From: Thermodesulfobacteriota bacterium
GTDB lineage: Bacteria > Desulfobacterota > Binatia > Bin18
Length of the DNA stretch: 64,000 nt
NCBI GenBank assembly: GCA_964291405.2
Contig: OZ219926.1
Coordinates: 1,440,001 to 1,504,000, forward strand
Reading direction: 5' to 3'
Shown: piece after piece, positions 28,170-38,126 of the stretch
Position numbering within the stretch: the stretch's first letter is position 1
Layout of the letters: each line of letters begins with the position of its first letter
The notes under the pieces: generated by a model
The model's input: the letters and a program-made list of their open reading frames with translations, nothing else
Told to the model about the DNA's origin: nothing
The model's database searches: none
Position numbers and translations under genes: made by a program

Positions 28170-29999
28170 CTACTTCACGATCAGCCCCTCGAAATCGCCC
28201 TGCGCGCGCCAGGCGGCGAGCATATCGTAAAAGGGCACTGCGCCGTCGGGATACTGGGTCTCGATGAAGCCATGCCCTTCGTTCTTCCCCTCGCCGTTGT
28301 AATAGCCCGGCGTACAGGTGTTCTGGTACTCGGTCATAAAGGTCGGGCCGGTCACCAGCTTCACCCACTCGTCCTCGTCCTCAAGGGTAGGCTCAATGGA
28401 CTTTGCGTCACGGGCTTCCACTTGACTAATGAGGTGGGCGATGTGCACGGCCTGCCCATTCAGCATATAGGTGAAGTTGGGCGCGAGGCCGGTCTGGGTG
28501 AGCCCCATGTGGAAGCAGTTCGGAAAGCCGTTGCTCAGAAAGCCGTGATAGGTCTTCATGCCGTCCGCCCAGTAATCGCTCAGCGACAGCCCATCGCGGC
28601 CGTACACCTCGAACTCGGCGCGCCGCGTGTACGCCGTCCCGACCTCGAAGCCGGTCGCGTAGATCAGGCAGTCTATTTCGTACTCGACGCCGTCCACGAC
28701 TACCGCGGTCTCGGTGACGCGCTCGACGCCCTTGCCTTTGGTGTCCACCAGCTTCACGTTGGGGCGGTTGAAGGTCGGCAGGTATTCGTCGTTAAAGGTC
28801 GGGCGCTTGCACCACTGGCCGTACCAGGGTTTGAGTGCCTCCGCGGTCTCAGGGTCGGTGACGGTCGAGGACACGCGCGCCCGAATCTCGTTCATCTTCT
28901 GGTAGTCGGCGATCTCCGACATGATCGCCATGCCTTCGTCGGAAAGATTAGAATCTTCCTTACCCGTGAGCAGTTCGGAAAGTTTCTTGAACAGGCTGGT
29001 CCACTTGTCGCCGACGAGGTCTTCCTCAACCGGAATCCCGGCCAGAATAGAGCAGAAGTTGGTGTTGCGGTAGTCCTGCCAGCCGGGCTTCAGCGTCCGT
29101 ACCCATTCCGGGTCGGTCGGCTTGTTGCCGCGTTCGTCCACCGAGGAGGGCGTGCGCTGGAACACGTAGAGCTGCTTGGCATGCTCGCCCAGGTGGGGTA
29201 CGGACTGGATCGCGGTGGCTCCGGTGCCGATGATACCCACACGCTTGTCTTTGAGTTTGTGCATGCCGCCGGTCGTATCTCCACCGGTGTAGTCGTAGTC
29301 CCAGCGGCTGGTGTGGAAGGTATGCCCTTTGAACTTTTCGATACCTGGAATCGCCGGTAGCTTGGGCCGGTTCAGGGGCCCGCTCGACATGATCACAAAG
29401 CGCGCCCGGAAGACATCGTCGCGGTCGGTGGTAATCGTCCAGTGCCCGTCCTCGTCGCTCCAGCGCGCCTCCCTGACCTGGGTCTGGAAGCAGGCCCGCT
29501 CGTAAAGGTTGAAGTGCTTGCCGATCCGCTGGGCGTGCTCAAAGATCTCCGGCGCAAAGGAGTATTTTTCCTTGGGCATATAGCCGGTCTCTTCGAGCAG
29601 GGGCAGATAGACATAGGATTCGATGTCACACTGCGCCCCAGGGTAGCGGTTCCAATACCAGGTCCCGCCGAAGTCTCCGGCCTTCTCGATGATGCGGATA
29701 TTGGTGACCCCTTCCTTCTGCAGTCGCGCTGCCGCAAGCAGGCCACCAAAGCCGCCGCCAATAATCACCGCGTCGAGTTCTTCTTGCAGCGCGGGGCGGG
29801 TGAAGCCCGGCTCCACATAGGGGTCGGTGTTATAGTGTTCGTGCTGGCCGGTGATTTCCTGATACTGATTGTTGCCGTCCGTGCGCAAACGCTTGGTCCG
29901 CTCCTCGGCGTACTTCTGACGCAGGTCAGCCGGGTCAAAGCCCAGTTCTTCGGGAGTTGGAATGCCGGTCGGTTGGGATGTCTCTACCGCCTCATTCAT
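28170..29999 (-). CDS. type I Baeyer-Villiger monooxygenase
   Basis: [29 protein letters not shown] fingerprint, GTGAT, CKRP, ATGF. Confidence 0.95.
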   Translation of the reverse strand: MNEAVETSQPTGIPTPEELGFDPADLRQKYAEERTKRLRTDGNNQYQEITGQHEHYNTDPYVEPGFTRPALQEELDAVIIGGGFGGLLAAARLQKEGVTNIRIIEKAGDFGGTWYWNRYPGAQCDIESYVYLPLLEETGYMPKEKYSFAPEIFEHAQRIGKHFNLYERACFQTQVREARWSDEDGHWTITTDRDDVFRARFVIMSSGPLNRPKLPAIPGIEKFKGHTFHTSRWDYDYTGGDTTGGMHKLKDKRVGIIGTGATAIQSVPHLGEHAKQLYVFQRTPSSVDERGNKPTDPEWVRTLKPGWQDYRNTNFCSILAGIPVEEDLVGDKWTSLFKKLSELLTGKEDSNLSDEGMAIMSEIADYQKMNEIRARVSSTVTDPETAEALKPWYGQWCKRPTFNDEYLPTFNRPNVKLVDTKGKGVERVTETAVVVDGVEYEIDCLIYATGFEVGTAYTRRAEFEVYGRDGLSLSDYWADGMKTYHGFLSNGFPNCFHMGLTQTGLAPNFTYMLNGQAVHIAHLISQVEARDAKSIEPTLEDEDEWVKLVTGPTFMTEYQNTCTPGYYNGEGKNEGHGFIETQYPDGAVPFYDMLAAWRAQGDFEGLIVK

Positions 30000-30123
30000 C
30001 TGTCAGCCCTCCTTATTGTCTCCTCGTTGGAGCGTTTCAATTTCTTCGTTAGCGCGGAGTTTGGCATATTGATAAAATTTTGACAATACAAACCCCACAA
30101 GCTGTGTTGATTCCCCCTCGCAA

Positions 30124-30155
30124 CTTCGCTACTGGAGTCCTACTCGATAGCGAAG
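30124..30155 (+). promoter_or_regulatory. stem-loop in the leader of the AhpD-like gene
   Basis: CTTCGCTA / TAGCGAAG outer stem, GAGT-CCT-ACTC inner stem. Confidence 0.4.
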
Positions 30156-30191
30156 CTTACGAGAATTTTCGCTGAGTAAAGGAGCAACGCT

Positions 30192-30773
30192 ATGTGTGCA
30201 ATGAAACGCCTCACCCGTGAGGAACTCCCGCCCGACTTGACCGCGCTGTACGACGAGTGTATGCGCGAGGCCGGGGACGCGCGGTTTGTCGCGGCTGGCG
30301 CCAACGCACCCGAACTGCTCGATTGGTACTTCAACAGCTTCTACAAGCGGGTGTTCTACGAGGGCCGCGTCGATGTGCGCACCAAGGAGCTGCTCCGCCT
30401 CAAACTCTCCAAGACCCACGGCTGCTTTTTATGAAACAGGGTCAACACCGTCTCGGCGAGACGGGCCGGCCTGACCACGGAACAGATTGATGCGCTTCCG
30501 GACGATATCGACAACGAGGTGTTTTCGCCACGCGACCGGGCGGTACTCAAGCTGTGCGAGCAGATGGTGCTCACCAACCTCCACGGGTATATGACCGAGG
30601 AGCTGCATCACGAACTGGCCGCGCATTTCAGCGATGGAGAGATCTTCGAGCTCGGGGTGACGATGGCCGTGCTGTGCGGGTTTGCGAAGTTCCTCTTTTG
30701 CTTTGATTTGGCGGACCGCGAAACCACATGTCCGATCCACCGCCCCGCCGAAGAAATGCGGAGCAGTCTGTGA
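30192..30773 (+). CDS. AhpD/carboxymuconolactone decarboxylase family protein, probable selenoprotein (CxxU; UGA at 30432-30434)
   Basis: ORFs 30192-30434 and 30519-30773 are in the same frame with an open linker; read-through gives KELLRLKLSKTHGC-F-L-U-NRVNTVSARRAGLTTEQIDAL..FSPRDRAVL..FSDGEIFEL, a complete 193-aa CMD-type protein. Confidence 0.88.
30435..30476 (+). promoter_or_regulatory. putative bacterial SECIS element
   Basis: CCGTCTC-GGC-GAGACGG perfect stem (30448-30464); G-starting loop 20 nt after the UGA; possible lower stem GGTCA/TGACC. Confidence 0.7.
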
Positions 30774-30835
30774 TCGATAGGGAAGGAGAGTTGTGACAGC
30801 CTCCCATTAGAAGCCCACACGAGCGAGGAGAGGAT

Positions 30836-31246
30836 ATGACAAAACAAGAGGCGATCGACACGGTGAACAAGTTTATGGGCCTCCTCCTGACGGACTTCCC
30901 CGAGTGCACCAAGCTGCTGGCCGACGATTTCGCATGGGAGAACTTTCTGCCGTCCCATATCCCTTTTGGCGGCCGCTACGAGGGTACGGCGGGGTTGCAA
31001 AAATATCTGGCGCAACTGGCAGAGACCTGGGTGATCGGCGAAGTCGTCTTCCACGATTTTATTTTCGACCCGGAGACGCGCAGGATGGCGGCGCCCGGCG
31101 TAGAAAAAAACGGCCAATCGGTCGTAACGGGGCGCGCCTGCGATATGGCGTTCGTTTGGGAATTCCGATTCGCGGAGGATGGCAAGCTCTCCTATCTGCG
31201 AGAATACAACGACACGGCTGCGATTGGTGGAACGTTCGATAGCTAG
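30836..31246 (+). CDS. SnoaL/NTF2-like protein
   Basis: LLADDFAW..IPFGGRYEG..TGR....FVWEFRF..GK....REYNDT. Confidence 0.85.
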   Translation: MTKQEAIDTVNKFMGLLLTDFPECTKLLADDFAWENFLPSHIPFGGRYEGTAGLQKYLAQLAETWVIGEVVFHDFIFDPETRRMAAPGVEKNGQSVVTGRACDMAFVWEFRFAEDGKLSYLREYNDTAAIGGTFDS

Positions 31247-31302
31247 CCGGACGCTTGCATGCGTGCTGGTTACTCAGAGCATTTGTAGCGGGGAATCCCA
31301 GC

Positions 31303-31953
31303 GTGAAATCAGACAGTGGACAATTGCAGACCGAATTGGCCACCCGAGGGCTTGAGCCGGGCGAGGCGGTCGGGGTCCGGCACCTGATTGAGGCCGCTGC
31401 GGATCGCGTCTGGCAGGTGATCTCTCAACCCGGTCAACTTCCCCGCTATCATCCCTTCTGTCAGGCAACCACGGTGCTCAAATGGCCCGGGGTTGGGGCA
31501 AAGGACACGGTCTCGTACTACAGTGGCGTGCATTACGAGCGCGATTTTGTGAGGTGGATCGAGGGGGTGGGATTTGACATTGAAGTCGGACCGCCCTCAC
31601 GCAAGACGGCCCGTGTGGAGTGGCGCATCACGGCGCAGGGTGAGCGGCAGAGCGAGTTGGCCATTACCGTGATTCCCTACCTGAAAGCGGACTTGTCCGC
31701 CCCTCGGAAGCGGGCCTATCAGCAACGGTTGTTTGGCGACACCATCGCCCAGTACCTCGACAGCGTCGTGCGCGGGGTCGGGTATGTGGCCGCCACGGGG
31801 CAGGCCGTGCAAAAAAATCAGTTCGGTTCGCATCCCCTGTACTCGGATAAGCAGCGCCCCCCAGGCGCCGCTTCCCCGCTGCGCTACGGCTCTGTTATAC
31901 TCGGCCAGTCTCAAGAACGACCAGTGTTGATGTACGGAGGACTATATATATGA
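31303..31953 (+). CDS. SRPBCC/START-like (polyketide cyclase) family protein; start uncertain
   Basis: IEAAADRVWQVISQPGQLPRYHPFC..W.EG.G; ATGA overlap with the BVMO. Confidence 0.7.
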   Translation: MKSDSGQLQTELATRGLEPGEAVGVRHLIEAAADRVWQVISQPGQLPRYHPFCQATTVLKWPGVGAKDTVSYYSGVHYERDFVRWIEGVGFDIEVGPPSRKTARVEWRITAQGERQSELAITVIPYLKADLSAPRKRAYQQRLFGDTIAQYLDSVVRGVGYVAATGQAVQKNQFGSHPLYSDKQRPPGAASPLRYGSVILGQSQERPVLMYGGLYI

Positions 31954-33743
31954 GTGAGACGCAGGAGAAGCCCCTGATTGGCAGCATGAATGGTCTCTCG
32001 AAATCCGGAAAATCGCAGGCGTATTACGATGCTATTAAGCAAAAATTCGCCGAGGAACGCGACTTGAGGCTGCACTACCGCCCGGAGGGCACGGCACAGT
32101 ATACATCCGACCTCTCCGGTTCTTTCGCCAAATACGAGACCGACCCCTACGGCGGGGAGATTATCCCCCGCAAGCCCATCAACGATACGGTCGAGTGCTT
32201 GTTTATCGGTGGAGGATTCTCGGCTCTGCTCACCTCGGCCCGGCTGCGGGAGTATGGCGTTGAGAGTATCCGCATTGTCGAGCGGGGAGCGGACGTCGGG
32301 GGGACCTGGTACTGGAATCGCTACCCCGGGGTGGCCTGCGACGTGGCTTATGATTACCTGCCGTTGCTTGATGAGATGGACTACGTCCCCAAAGACCATT
32401 ACGCCAAGGGACCGGAAATCCTGGCCCACTGCCAAGCCATTGCCAAAAAATACAATTTATACGAGCTGGCGGTTTTCCAGACCACGGTCACCTCAACTAT
32501 ATGGAACGAAGAAGAAGAGATGTGGTACCTCACCACGGACCGAGGTGACCACATGAAGGCCCGCTTCGTGATCTGCGCCAACGGCACGCTGTCCAAGCCC
32601 AAGCTGTCCAAAATTAAGGGGATGGAGTCCTTCAAAGGCCACTCCTTTCATACCTCGCGCTGGGACTATGAGTACACCAAGGAGGACTTGTCCGGCCTGG
32701 AGGATAAGGTCGTCGGCATTATCGGCACAGGGGCAACTGCGGTGCAGGCCATTCCCGGTCTTGGTGCTTCGTCCAAGGAACTGTACGTGTTTCAACGCAC
32801 GCCGTCGTCGATTGACATCCGAGACGACTGGCCGACCGATCCTAACTGGGCACGCAAACTGAAACCGGGCTGGCAGGCCAAGCGGCGCGAACGTGCCATG
32901 CGCGGACCGCGGCTGACCGAGGAGCAGAAGGCCGAACGGGCGACCATGTCTCGTGAGGAAAAAATCCGACGACAGGAGAACGCCAATATCGACTATATGA
33001 TGCGGATTCACAAACGCATTGACGAGGTCGTGAAAGACAAAGTCACTGCCGACGCACTCAAGCCCTGGTATATGTTTATGTGTAAGCGGCCCTGCTTTCA
33101 CAACGACTATCTGCCGACCTTCAACCGTCCCAACGTGCACCTGGTCGATACCCACGGGAAAGGCATCACCGAGATCACGGCGAAAGGACCGGTGTTTGAC
33201 GGGATACAGTACGAGCTCGATCTCCTGATCTATGCCACCGGCTTCGAGGTGCAGAAGACCGGGATTTACAATCAGATCAGAGGAGAAAACGGTCTGGACC
33301 TGAACGATAAATACAGCACCGGCATCCGTACCCTGCTCGGTATTCACTCGCAGAGCTATCCCAATCTGTTTATCATGGGGGGCTACCAGGCCTCATTTCA
33401 GTTTAATCTGACGGATATGCTGCAATCTCAGGGCGACCATATTGCGGCGTGTATCGACTATGTGCGGCGGCATGACTATCAGTCCATCGATGTGATGCCC
33501 GAGGCGGAGGAGTGGTGGGTACAGGAGGTGATCCATCATCGTGGCAAAACCACCCGCAACCAGGACTGTACGCCGGGCTATTACAATTTTGAGGGCGAAT
33601 TTCAGCGCCGTCAGGATGGTAATTATAACGGTGGCTTTCCCAAGTATGTGACGCACTTAAAAGAGGTCCGGGCACGGATGACAGAGAATTTTGTGTTTAC
33701 GAAAGAAAGAATAAATCAGGAGTGCAGCCACCAAAGAAAGTAA
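31950..33743 (+). CDS. type I Baeyer-Villiger monooxygenase
   Basis: [46 protein letters not shown]. Confidence 0.93.
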   Translation: MSETQEKPLIGSMNGLSKSGKSQAYYDAIKQKFAEERDLRLHYRPEGTAQYTSDLSGSFAKYETDPYGGEIIPRKPINDTVECLFIGGGFSALLTSARLREYGVESIRIVERGADVGGTWYWNRYPGVACDVAYDYLPLLDEMDYVPKDHYAKGPEILAHCQAIAKKYNLYELAVFQTTVTSTIWNEEEEMWYLTTDRGDHMKARFVICANGTLSKPKLSKIKGMESFKGHSFHTSRWDYEYTKEDLSGLEDKVVGIIGTGATAVQAIPGLGASSKELYVFQRTPSSIDIRDDWPTDPNWARKLKPGWQAKRRERAMRGPRLTEEQKAERATMSREEKIRRQENANIDYMMRIHKRIDEVVKDKVTADALKPWYMFMCKRPCFHNDYLPTFNRPNVHLVDTHGKGITEITAKGPVFDGIQYELDLLIYATGFEVQKTGIYNQIRGENGLDLNDKYSTGIRTLLGIHSQSYPNLFIMGGYQASFQFNLTDMLQSQGDHIAACIDYVRRHDYQSIDVMPEAEEWWVQEVIHHRGKTTRNQDCTPGYYNFEGEFQRRQDGNYNGGFPKYVTHLKEVRARMTENFVFTKERINQECSHQRK

Positions 33744-33779
33744 GGAACCAAAATCAAGAAAAGCAGGAGAACATTACAC

Positions 33780-34592
33780 ATGACCACAACATACGAAACA
33801 TTTACCCTCGAACGCTCCGGTCCTATTGTGACCGTCTCTTTCAATCGACCGGCAAAACTCAATCCCCTCAATGAGCAGGTGCTGCGCGAGTTTCTGGCCA
33901 TTACCTATGAGCTGCAAGAGGACGAGGACTCACGGGTTGTGGTCCTGACCGGCAAGGGCCGTTCGTTCAGTGTTGGTGCGGATATGAACGCCCTGTCCAA
34001 GAGCTCCAAACCGGAAACCCAGGCCGCACTCACCGATAGCGCCAGGCTGCGGATGGCAAAGCTCGGCTGGCGGGTGATGGACGAGTGGGAACGCCTGGAC
34101 CAGATCAGCATTGCCGCGGTCAATGGTTTTGCGGTGGGTGGCGGCGTGTCCTTGGCCATGGCGTGTGATTTTCGTATTGCCGCCAGCGGCGCCCGCATGT
34201 GGTTGCCCGAGGTGCGGCTGGGCGTACCGTATATGTGGGGCTCCATTACTCGCATGATTAACCTGATCGGCATGGCCAAGGCCAAAGAACTGGTGATGAC
34301 CTGTGATGAGCTAACCGCAGAAGAAGCCTGTGAGGTCGGCTTGGTCAATCAGGTCGTGCCGCTGGAGGAGTTGCACGACGCGGTCCACGCCTTTGCCCAG
34401 AAGCTGCTCAACAAGCCGCCCATGGCACTACGTCGCACAAAAGAATTTTTCAAAGCGCTGAGCACCAACAAGGCCGGCGATATTACCTATGCCGATGCCC
34501 ATCTGGGGCTGGCCTGCACGCTGGGAGAAGACATGCGCGAGGCCGTGGCCGCGTTCCAAGAGAAACGTGATCCGGTGTTTGTCAATCGCTAG
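33780..34592 (+). CDS. enoyl-CoA hydratase/isomerase (crotonase) family protein
   Basis: FNRPAKLN, FSVGADM, AVNGFAVGGG..ACDFR, PEVRLG; the first catalytic Glu position reads Ser. Confidence 0.92.
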   Translation: MTTTYETFTLERSGPIVTVSFNRPAKLNPLNEQVLREFLAITYELQEDEDSRVVVLTGKGRSFSVGADMNALSKSSKPETQAALTDSARLRMAKLGWRVMDEWERLDQISIAAVNGFAVGGGVSLAMACDFRIAASGARMWLPEVRLGVPYMWGSITRMINLIGMAKAKELVMTCDELTAEEACEVGLVNQVVPLEELHDAVHAFAQKLLNKPPMALRRTKEFFKALSTNKAGDITYADAHLGLACTLGEDMREAVAAFQEKRDPVFVNR

Positions 34593-34625
34593 GCAGAGTC
34601 AGAGAGTTGAGCCGGAGGGACCCGC

Positions 34626-35897
34626 ATGCAACAGACCGCCATTGATCCGGTCCAGTACGACACCCTTGTTCAAAACGAGCGGGTCCACAGGTCGCTGTAC
34701 ACCGACCCGCATATCTTTACCGATGAGTTGGAAAAGATTTTCTACCACGGCTGGGTGTTCATCGGGCACGACAGCGAAATCCCCCAGCCGGGGGACTTTA
34801 TTACCCGCCAGGTCGGTACCCAGTCGGTCATCCTGGTGCGTGGCACGGACCATAACATCTCGGCCCTCCTCAACCGCTGCGCGCATCGTGGCACGACCGT
34901 CTGCCCGGCGGAACGTGGTCACGCCCGCACGTTTACCTGTCCCTATCATGGCTGGAGCTATGACCTGAGTGGCGCCTTGCAGGGTGTCCCCTACCCGGCC
35001 GGATATGGGGAGTCTTTCGATAAAAAGGCGTATGGGCTGACACGTGTGCCGCGGCTGGAGAGCTATCGTGGCTTCGTGTTCGTCAGTCTGAGTCCGAACG
35101 GTATCTCGCTGGCCGACCATCTTGGCACGGCGGCGCAACTGATCGACCGGGCGTGTGATCTCTCGCCGGAAGGCGAGATAGAACTCAGCGCCGGTTGGAT
35201 CAAGCATCGCTATCCGTCCAACTGGAAAATGCTGCCCGAAAACGACACGGACGGCTATCATCTCGGCTTTGTACACCGCTCCATATTGAAAGCGGTCGGC
35301 TCGCAGTATCGGCGTTTTGTGGGTGAGGAAAAAAGCATCAAGTCCGTCCTGCGCGACTGGGGGAAGGGTCACACGGAAATCGATTTTGTGCCCGCCTACC
35401 AGCAGCCGTTCGAGTGGTTCGGCGGCGTCTCGGAGGGGCTGGCCGCATCCTATCTGGCGGCCATGGAGCGCAGCTATGGCAAAGAGGAAACCCAGCGCCG
35501 GGTTTTCGACGGCCCGCCGCACGCCTTTATTTTTCCCAACCTCTTTTTGGCCGAGATGAATATCGCCATCATGCAGCCCGTCAGCGTGGACGAATGCGTC
35601 CATTGGCACACGCCCCTATTTCTCAAGGGTGTGCCCGAATTCAACAAGCGCCTGTTGCGGCAGAGCGAAGCGGCAATGGGGCCGGGGTCGTTTCTGCTGC
35701 CCGAAGATGTGACGATTGCCAGTCGCAACCAAGTCGGATTAGTGACGCGAAACGCCGAGTGGCTGGAGTTGAGTCGTGGCCTGAACCGTGAGTATGTCGA
35801 TAGCCAACAGCAGCGCGTCGGGCATATGACCGATGAGACAACCAATCGGGCGTTTTGGTTGCACTATCGCAGCGTGATGCAAAACGGCCAGGCCTAG
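34626..35897 (+). CDS. Rieske aromatic ring-hydroxylating oxygenase alpha subunit
   Basis: CAHRG..CPYHGW Rieske motif; NWK..EN..DGYH...VH mononuclear Fe motif. Confidence 0.95.
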   Translation: MQQTAIDPVQYDTLVQNERVHRSLYTDPHIFTDELEKIFYHGWVFIGHDSEIPQPGDFITRQVGTQSVILVRGTDHNISALLNRCAHRGTTVCPAERGHARTFTCPYHGWSYDLSGALQGVPYPAGYGESFDKKAYGLTRVPRLESYRGFVFVSLSPNGISLADHLGTAAQLIDRACDLSPEGEIELSAGWIKHRYPSNWKMLPENDTDGYHLGFVHRSILKAVGSQYRRFVGEEKSIKSVLRDWGKGHTEIDFVPAYQQPFEWFGGVSEGLAASYLAAMERSYGKEETQRRVFDGPPHAFIFPNLFLAEMNIAIMQPVSVDECVHWHTPLFLKGVPEFNKRLLRQSEAAMGPGSFLLPEDVTIASRNQVGLVTRNAEWLELSRGLNREYVDSQQQRVGHMTDETTNRAFWLHYRSVMQNGQA

Positions 35898-35902
35898 CAG
35901 CT

Positions 35903-36394
35903 ATGGTGTCCGACGCCGAGTATAGAGCTGTTGAGGCATTCCTGTACAAAGAGGCGCGCTTCGCGGATGAGGCGCGCTATGCGGACTGGGAAGCCTTGTG
36001 GACGGACGAGGCCGTGTACTGGGTACCGGCGACAACCGACCCGGAGGCTGATCCCAACACCCAGATCTCGCACATCTACGACAACCGACAGCGGATTGCT
36101 ACGCGCATCAAACTCCTGCAAAGCGGCCATCGCTACAGCCAGGAGCCGGCCTCGTTCATGCGCCGGCTGATTTCCAATATCGAAGTCGAGAAAAACGGAC
36201 ACAATGAATTCGTTGTGGGCTCGAATTTTCTTTTGGTCGAACTCTCGGTTCAAGCCAAACATGAGACCCATCTATGGGCCGGACGCACGACGCATACCCT
36301 TCGGCGGATTGATGGTGAGCTTAAGATGAGCCGTAAAAAAGTCGTTTTGGTCAACGCCGCCGAGCCGCTGCCGAATATGTCGTTTCTGATATAG
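35903..36394 (+). CDS. ring-hydroxylating oxygenase beta subunit
   Basis: FLYKEARFAD..W..YWVP..SHIYDN..RLISN..KKVVLVN. Confidence 0.93.
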   Translation: MVSDAEYRAVEAFLYKEARFADEARYADWEALWTDEAVYWVPATTDPEADPNTQISHIYDNRQRIATRIKLLQSGHRYSQEPASFMRRLISNIEVEKNGHNEFVVGSNFLLVELSVQAKHETHLWAGRTTHTLRRIDGELKMSRKKVVLVNAAEPLPNMSFLI

Positions 36395-36432
36395 CCCAGC
36401 AACAACGCTGATACCCGCAGAACTGGCGGGGC

Positions 36433-38076
36433 TCAAGCTCCTTGTGTCGGCTCGATCACGGTCGCCAGCTTTTCAGCAGCTCTCGCCAACTCGGTCTGTA
36501 ATGTCGGGGTTCCATTTTTTCCGTACACGCCAAAGACTTGGCGGTCCGGTCGCAGGATGACGGCTTGGCCGCCACCTATGCGCTTGAACCACGCGGCAAG
36601 GTCACCGTCCGTATCGACAACGGTGGTCGTGTTTGAGGGCGCGCTGTCGCCGTGGGTTGCCTGGCTTGCGACCTGGATAAAGCGCGTCTTGAGTGTGGAA
36701 AATGTCTGGGCGGTTGCCTCGGTGATTGCATCCGCAGGGTTCATATTCAGTCCGAGCACGGCAAAGTCGCCACCCAGGGCCGTGTCCAGCGCTATCCGCT
36801 CGCCTGACCTCGTTGCGACGACGGGTTGATCAATTTGATGCCCATGGGCGGTCTTCGCACTCGGTGGCGTGGTCGTGTCGAACAGTCCGGGGCCGAGCGG
36901 CCAGGCCGGCTCCCATAGAAAGGGTTTTTGCAGGACAGGAAAAACGCTCGCCAAAGAGAAGAAGGAATCACGCAGCACGGCCGCGACAGGGTGCGTTGTT
37001 TGGATAACGCTTCCAGTACGGATGGCCTGTTCAATAATCGTGCGGGCATGAGGGATGCGCTCTGACGGATAGGTGTCCAGCAGCTTCGAAGCGTAGCGCC
37101 CGGTCAGAACACCTTCGAGTTTCCAACACAGATTATAAGCATCGCGGATACCGGCGCACATGCCTTGGCCGAGAAAAGGCGGGGTTTGATGGGCCGCATC
37201 GCCCAGCAGAAAAACGCGCCCTGCCCGCCACGACCGGGCAAGCAGTCCGTGAAAAGTATACACCTTCTTCCGAATAAGCGTGCACTGCTCCGGCTGAAGG
37301 TCGTCGTGGAGACGATGCAGATGGGGGGCCATCAGGGCAAGGACACGCTCTTCTCGTTCAAGCTCCTCAGGGTCATCGTCGGGCCGGAGCATAAACTCCC
37401 AACGGATGTGGCGACCTTCGCAGGGGACCAGCGTCGTTGGTCTGTGTCGGTCACAAACTTGATAGACCCGTTTGCGAAACGCGAAATCCCCCTCTAGCAG
37501 AATATCGCAGACCAACCACGGTTCATCGGTATTCAGCGTATCGAGCAGAATACCAACCAGCTCGCGGGCCGTACTCGTTGCCCCGTCACAGCCGAGGAGG
37601 TAGGGACTCCTGACCTCTTCGTGGCGGCCACTCTCCCGGTGTGAGAGGGTGACGTGCAGGCCGGTGTCATCCTGATCGAGCGTTTCCAGGGTCCAGCCGA
37701 GTCGGACCTCAACCGAGGGATAGCGTTCGACCCCACGGCGCAGATGCGCTTCCAGCGCTGGCTGGTTGAAGAAGTTCGCATTGGGCCAGCCGTGACGGAT
37801 GGGCATACCACCCAGGTCCAGGGCCATCAGCGTACGGCCTTTTCCGTTAACGAAGGCCACGTCGGTCGCCGGCTGTGAGACACTTTGGATTTCGTCTGCC
37901 AGCCCAAGGGACTGAAAGATCCGCATGGTCTCTCCGTCAAAGTGCACGGCCCGCGGAATATCGTAGATCTCGGTACTCTGCTCGACCACCAGCACCCGCA
38001 CTCCGCGCTGCCCGAGCAGGTTCGCGGCCACCGCCCCGGTCGGGCCGTAGCCACAGATCACAACATCGTAGTTCAC
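36433..38076 (-). CDS. MhpA-like FAD-dependent phenol hydroxylase
   Basis: GYGPTG, PRAVHFDGE, GCDGA, LLGDAAHQTPPFLGQGMCAGIRDA, LRPDR. Confidence 0.92.
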   Translation of the reverse strand: MNYDVVICGYGPTGAVAANLLGQRGVRVLVVEQSTEIYDIPRAVHFDGETMRIFQSLGLADEIQSVSQPATDVAFVNGKGRTLMALDLGGMPIRHGWPNANFFNQPALEAHLRRGVERYPSVEVRLGWTLETLDQDDTGLHVTLSHRESGRHEEVRSPYLLGCDGATSTARELVGILLDTLNTDEPWLVCDILLEGDFAFRKRVYQVCDRHRPTTLVPCEGRHIRWEFMLRPDDDPEELEREERVLALMAPHLHRLHDDLQPEQCTLIRKKVYTFHGLLARSWRAGRVFLLGDAAHQTPPFLGQGMCAGIRDAYNLCWKLEGVLTGRYASKLLDTYPSERIPHARTIIEQAIRTGSVIQTTHPVAAVLRDSFFSLASVFPVLQKPFLWEPAWPLGPGLFDTTTPPSAKTAHGHQIDQPVVATRSGERIALDTALGGDFAVLGLNMNPADAITEATAQTFSTLKTRFIQVASQATHGDSAPSNTTTVVDTDGDLAAWFKRIGGGQAVILRPDRQVFGVYGKNGTPTLQTELARAAEKLATVIEPTQGA

Positions 38077-38126
38077 GCTACGTTACCTTCCAGCGCCGAC
38101 AGACCGCGCCGGACGCCGAGAACCGT

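Noticed and set aside
22654-28301. Direct repeats read as prophage/ICE att sites
   Set aside because: No integrase or mobility genes in the cargo, and the repeats are diverged mainly at synonymous sites rather than sharing an identical core.
30432-30434. TGA read as an ordinary nonsense mutation or as two separate genes
   Set aside because: It falls exactly on the redox Cys position, is followed by a SECIS-like hairpin, and both halves are otherwise intact. Not fully excluded without seeing sel genes.
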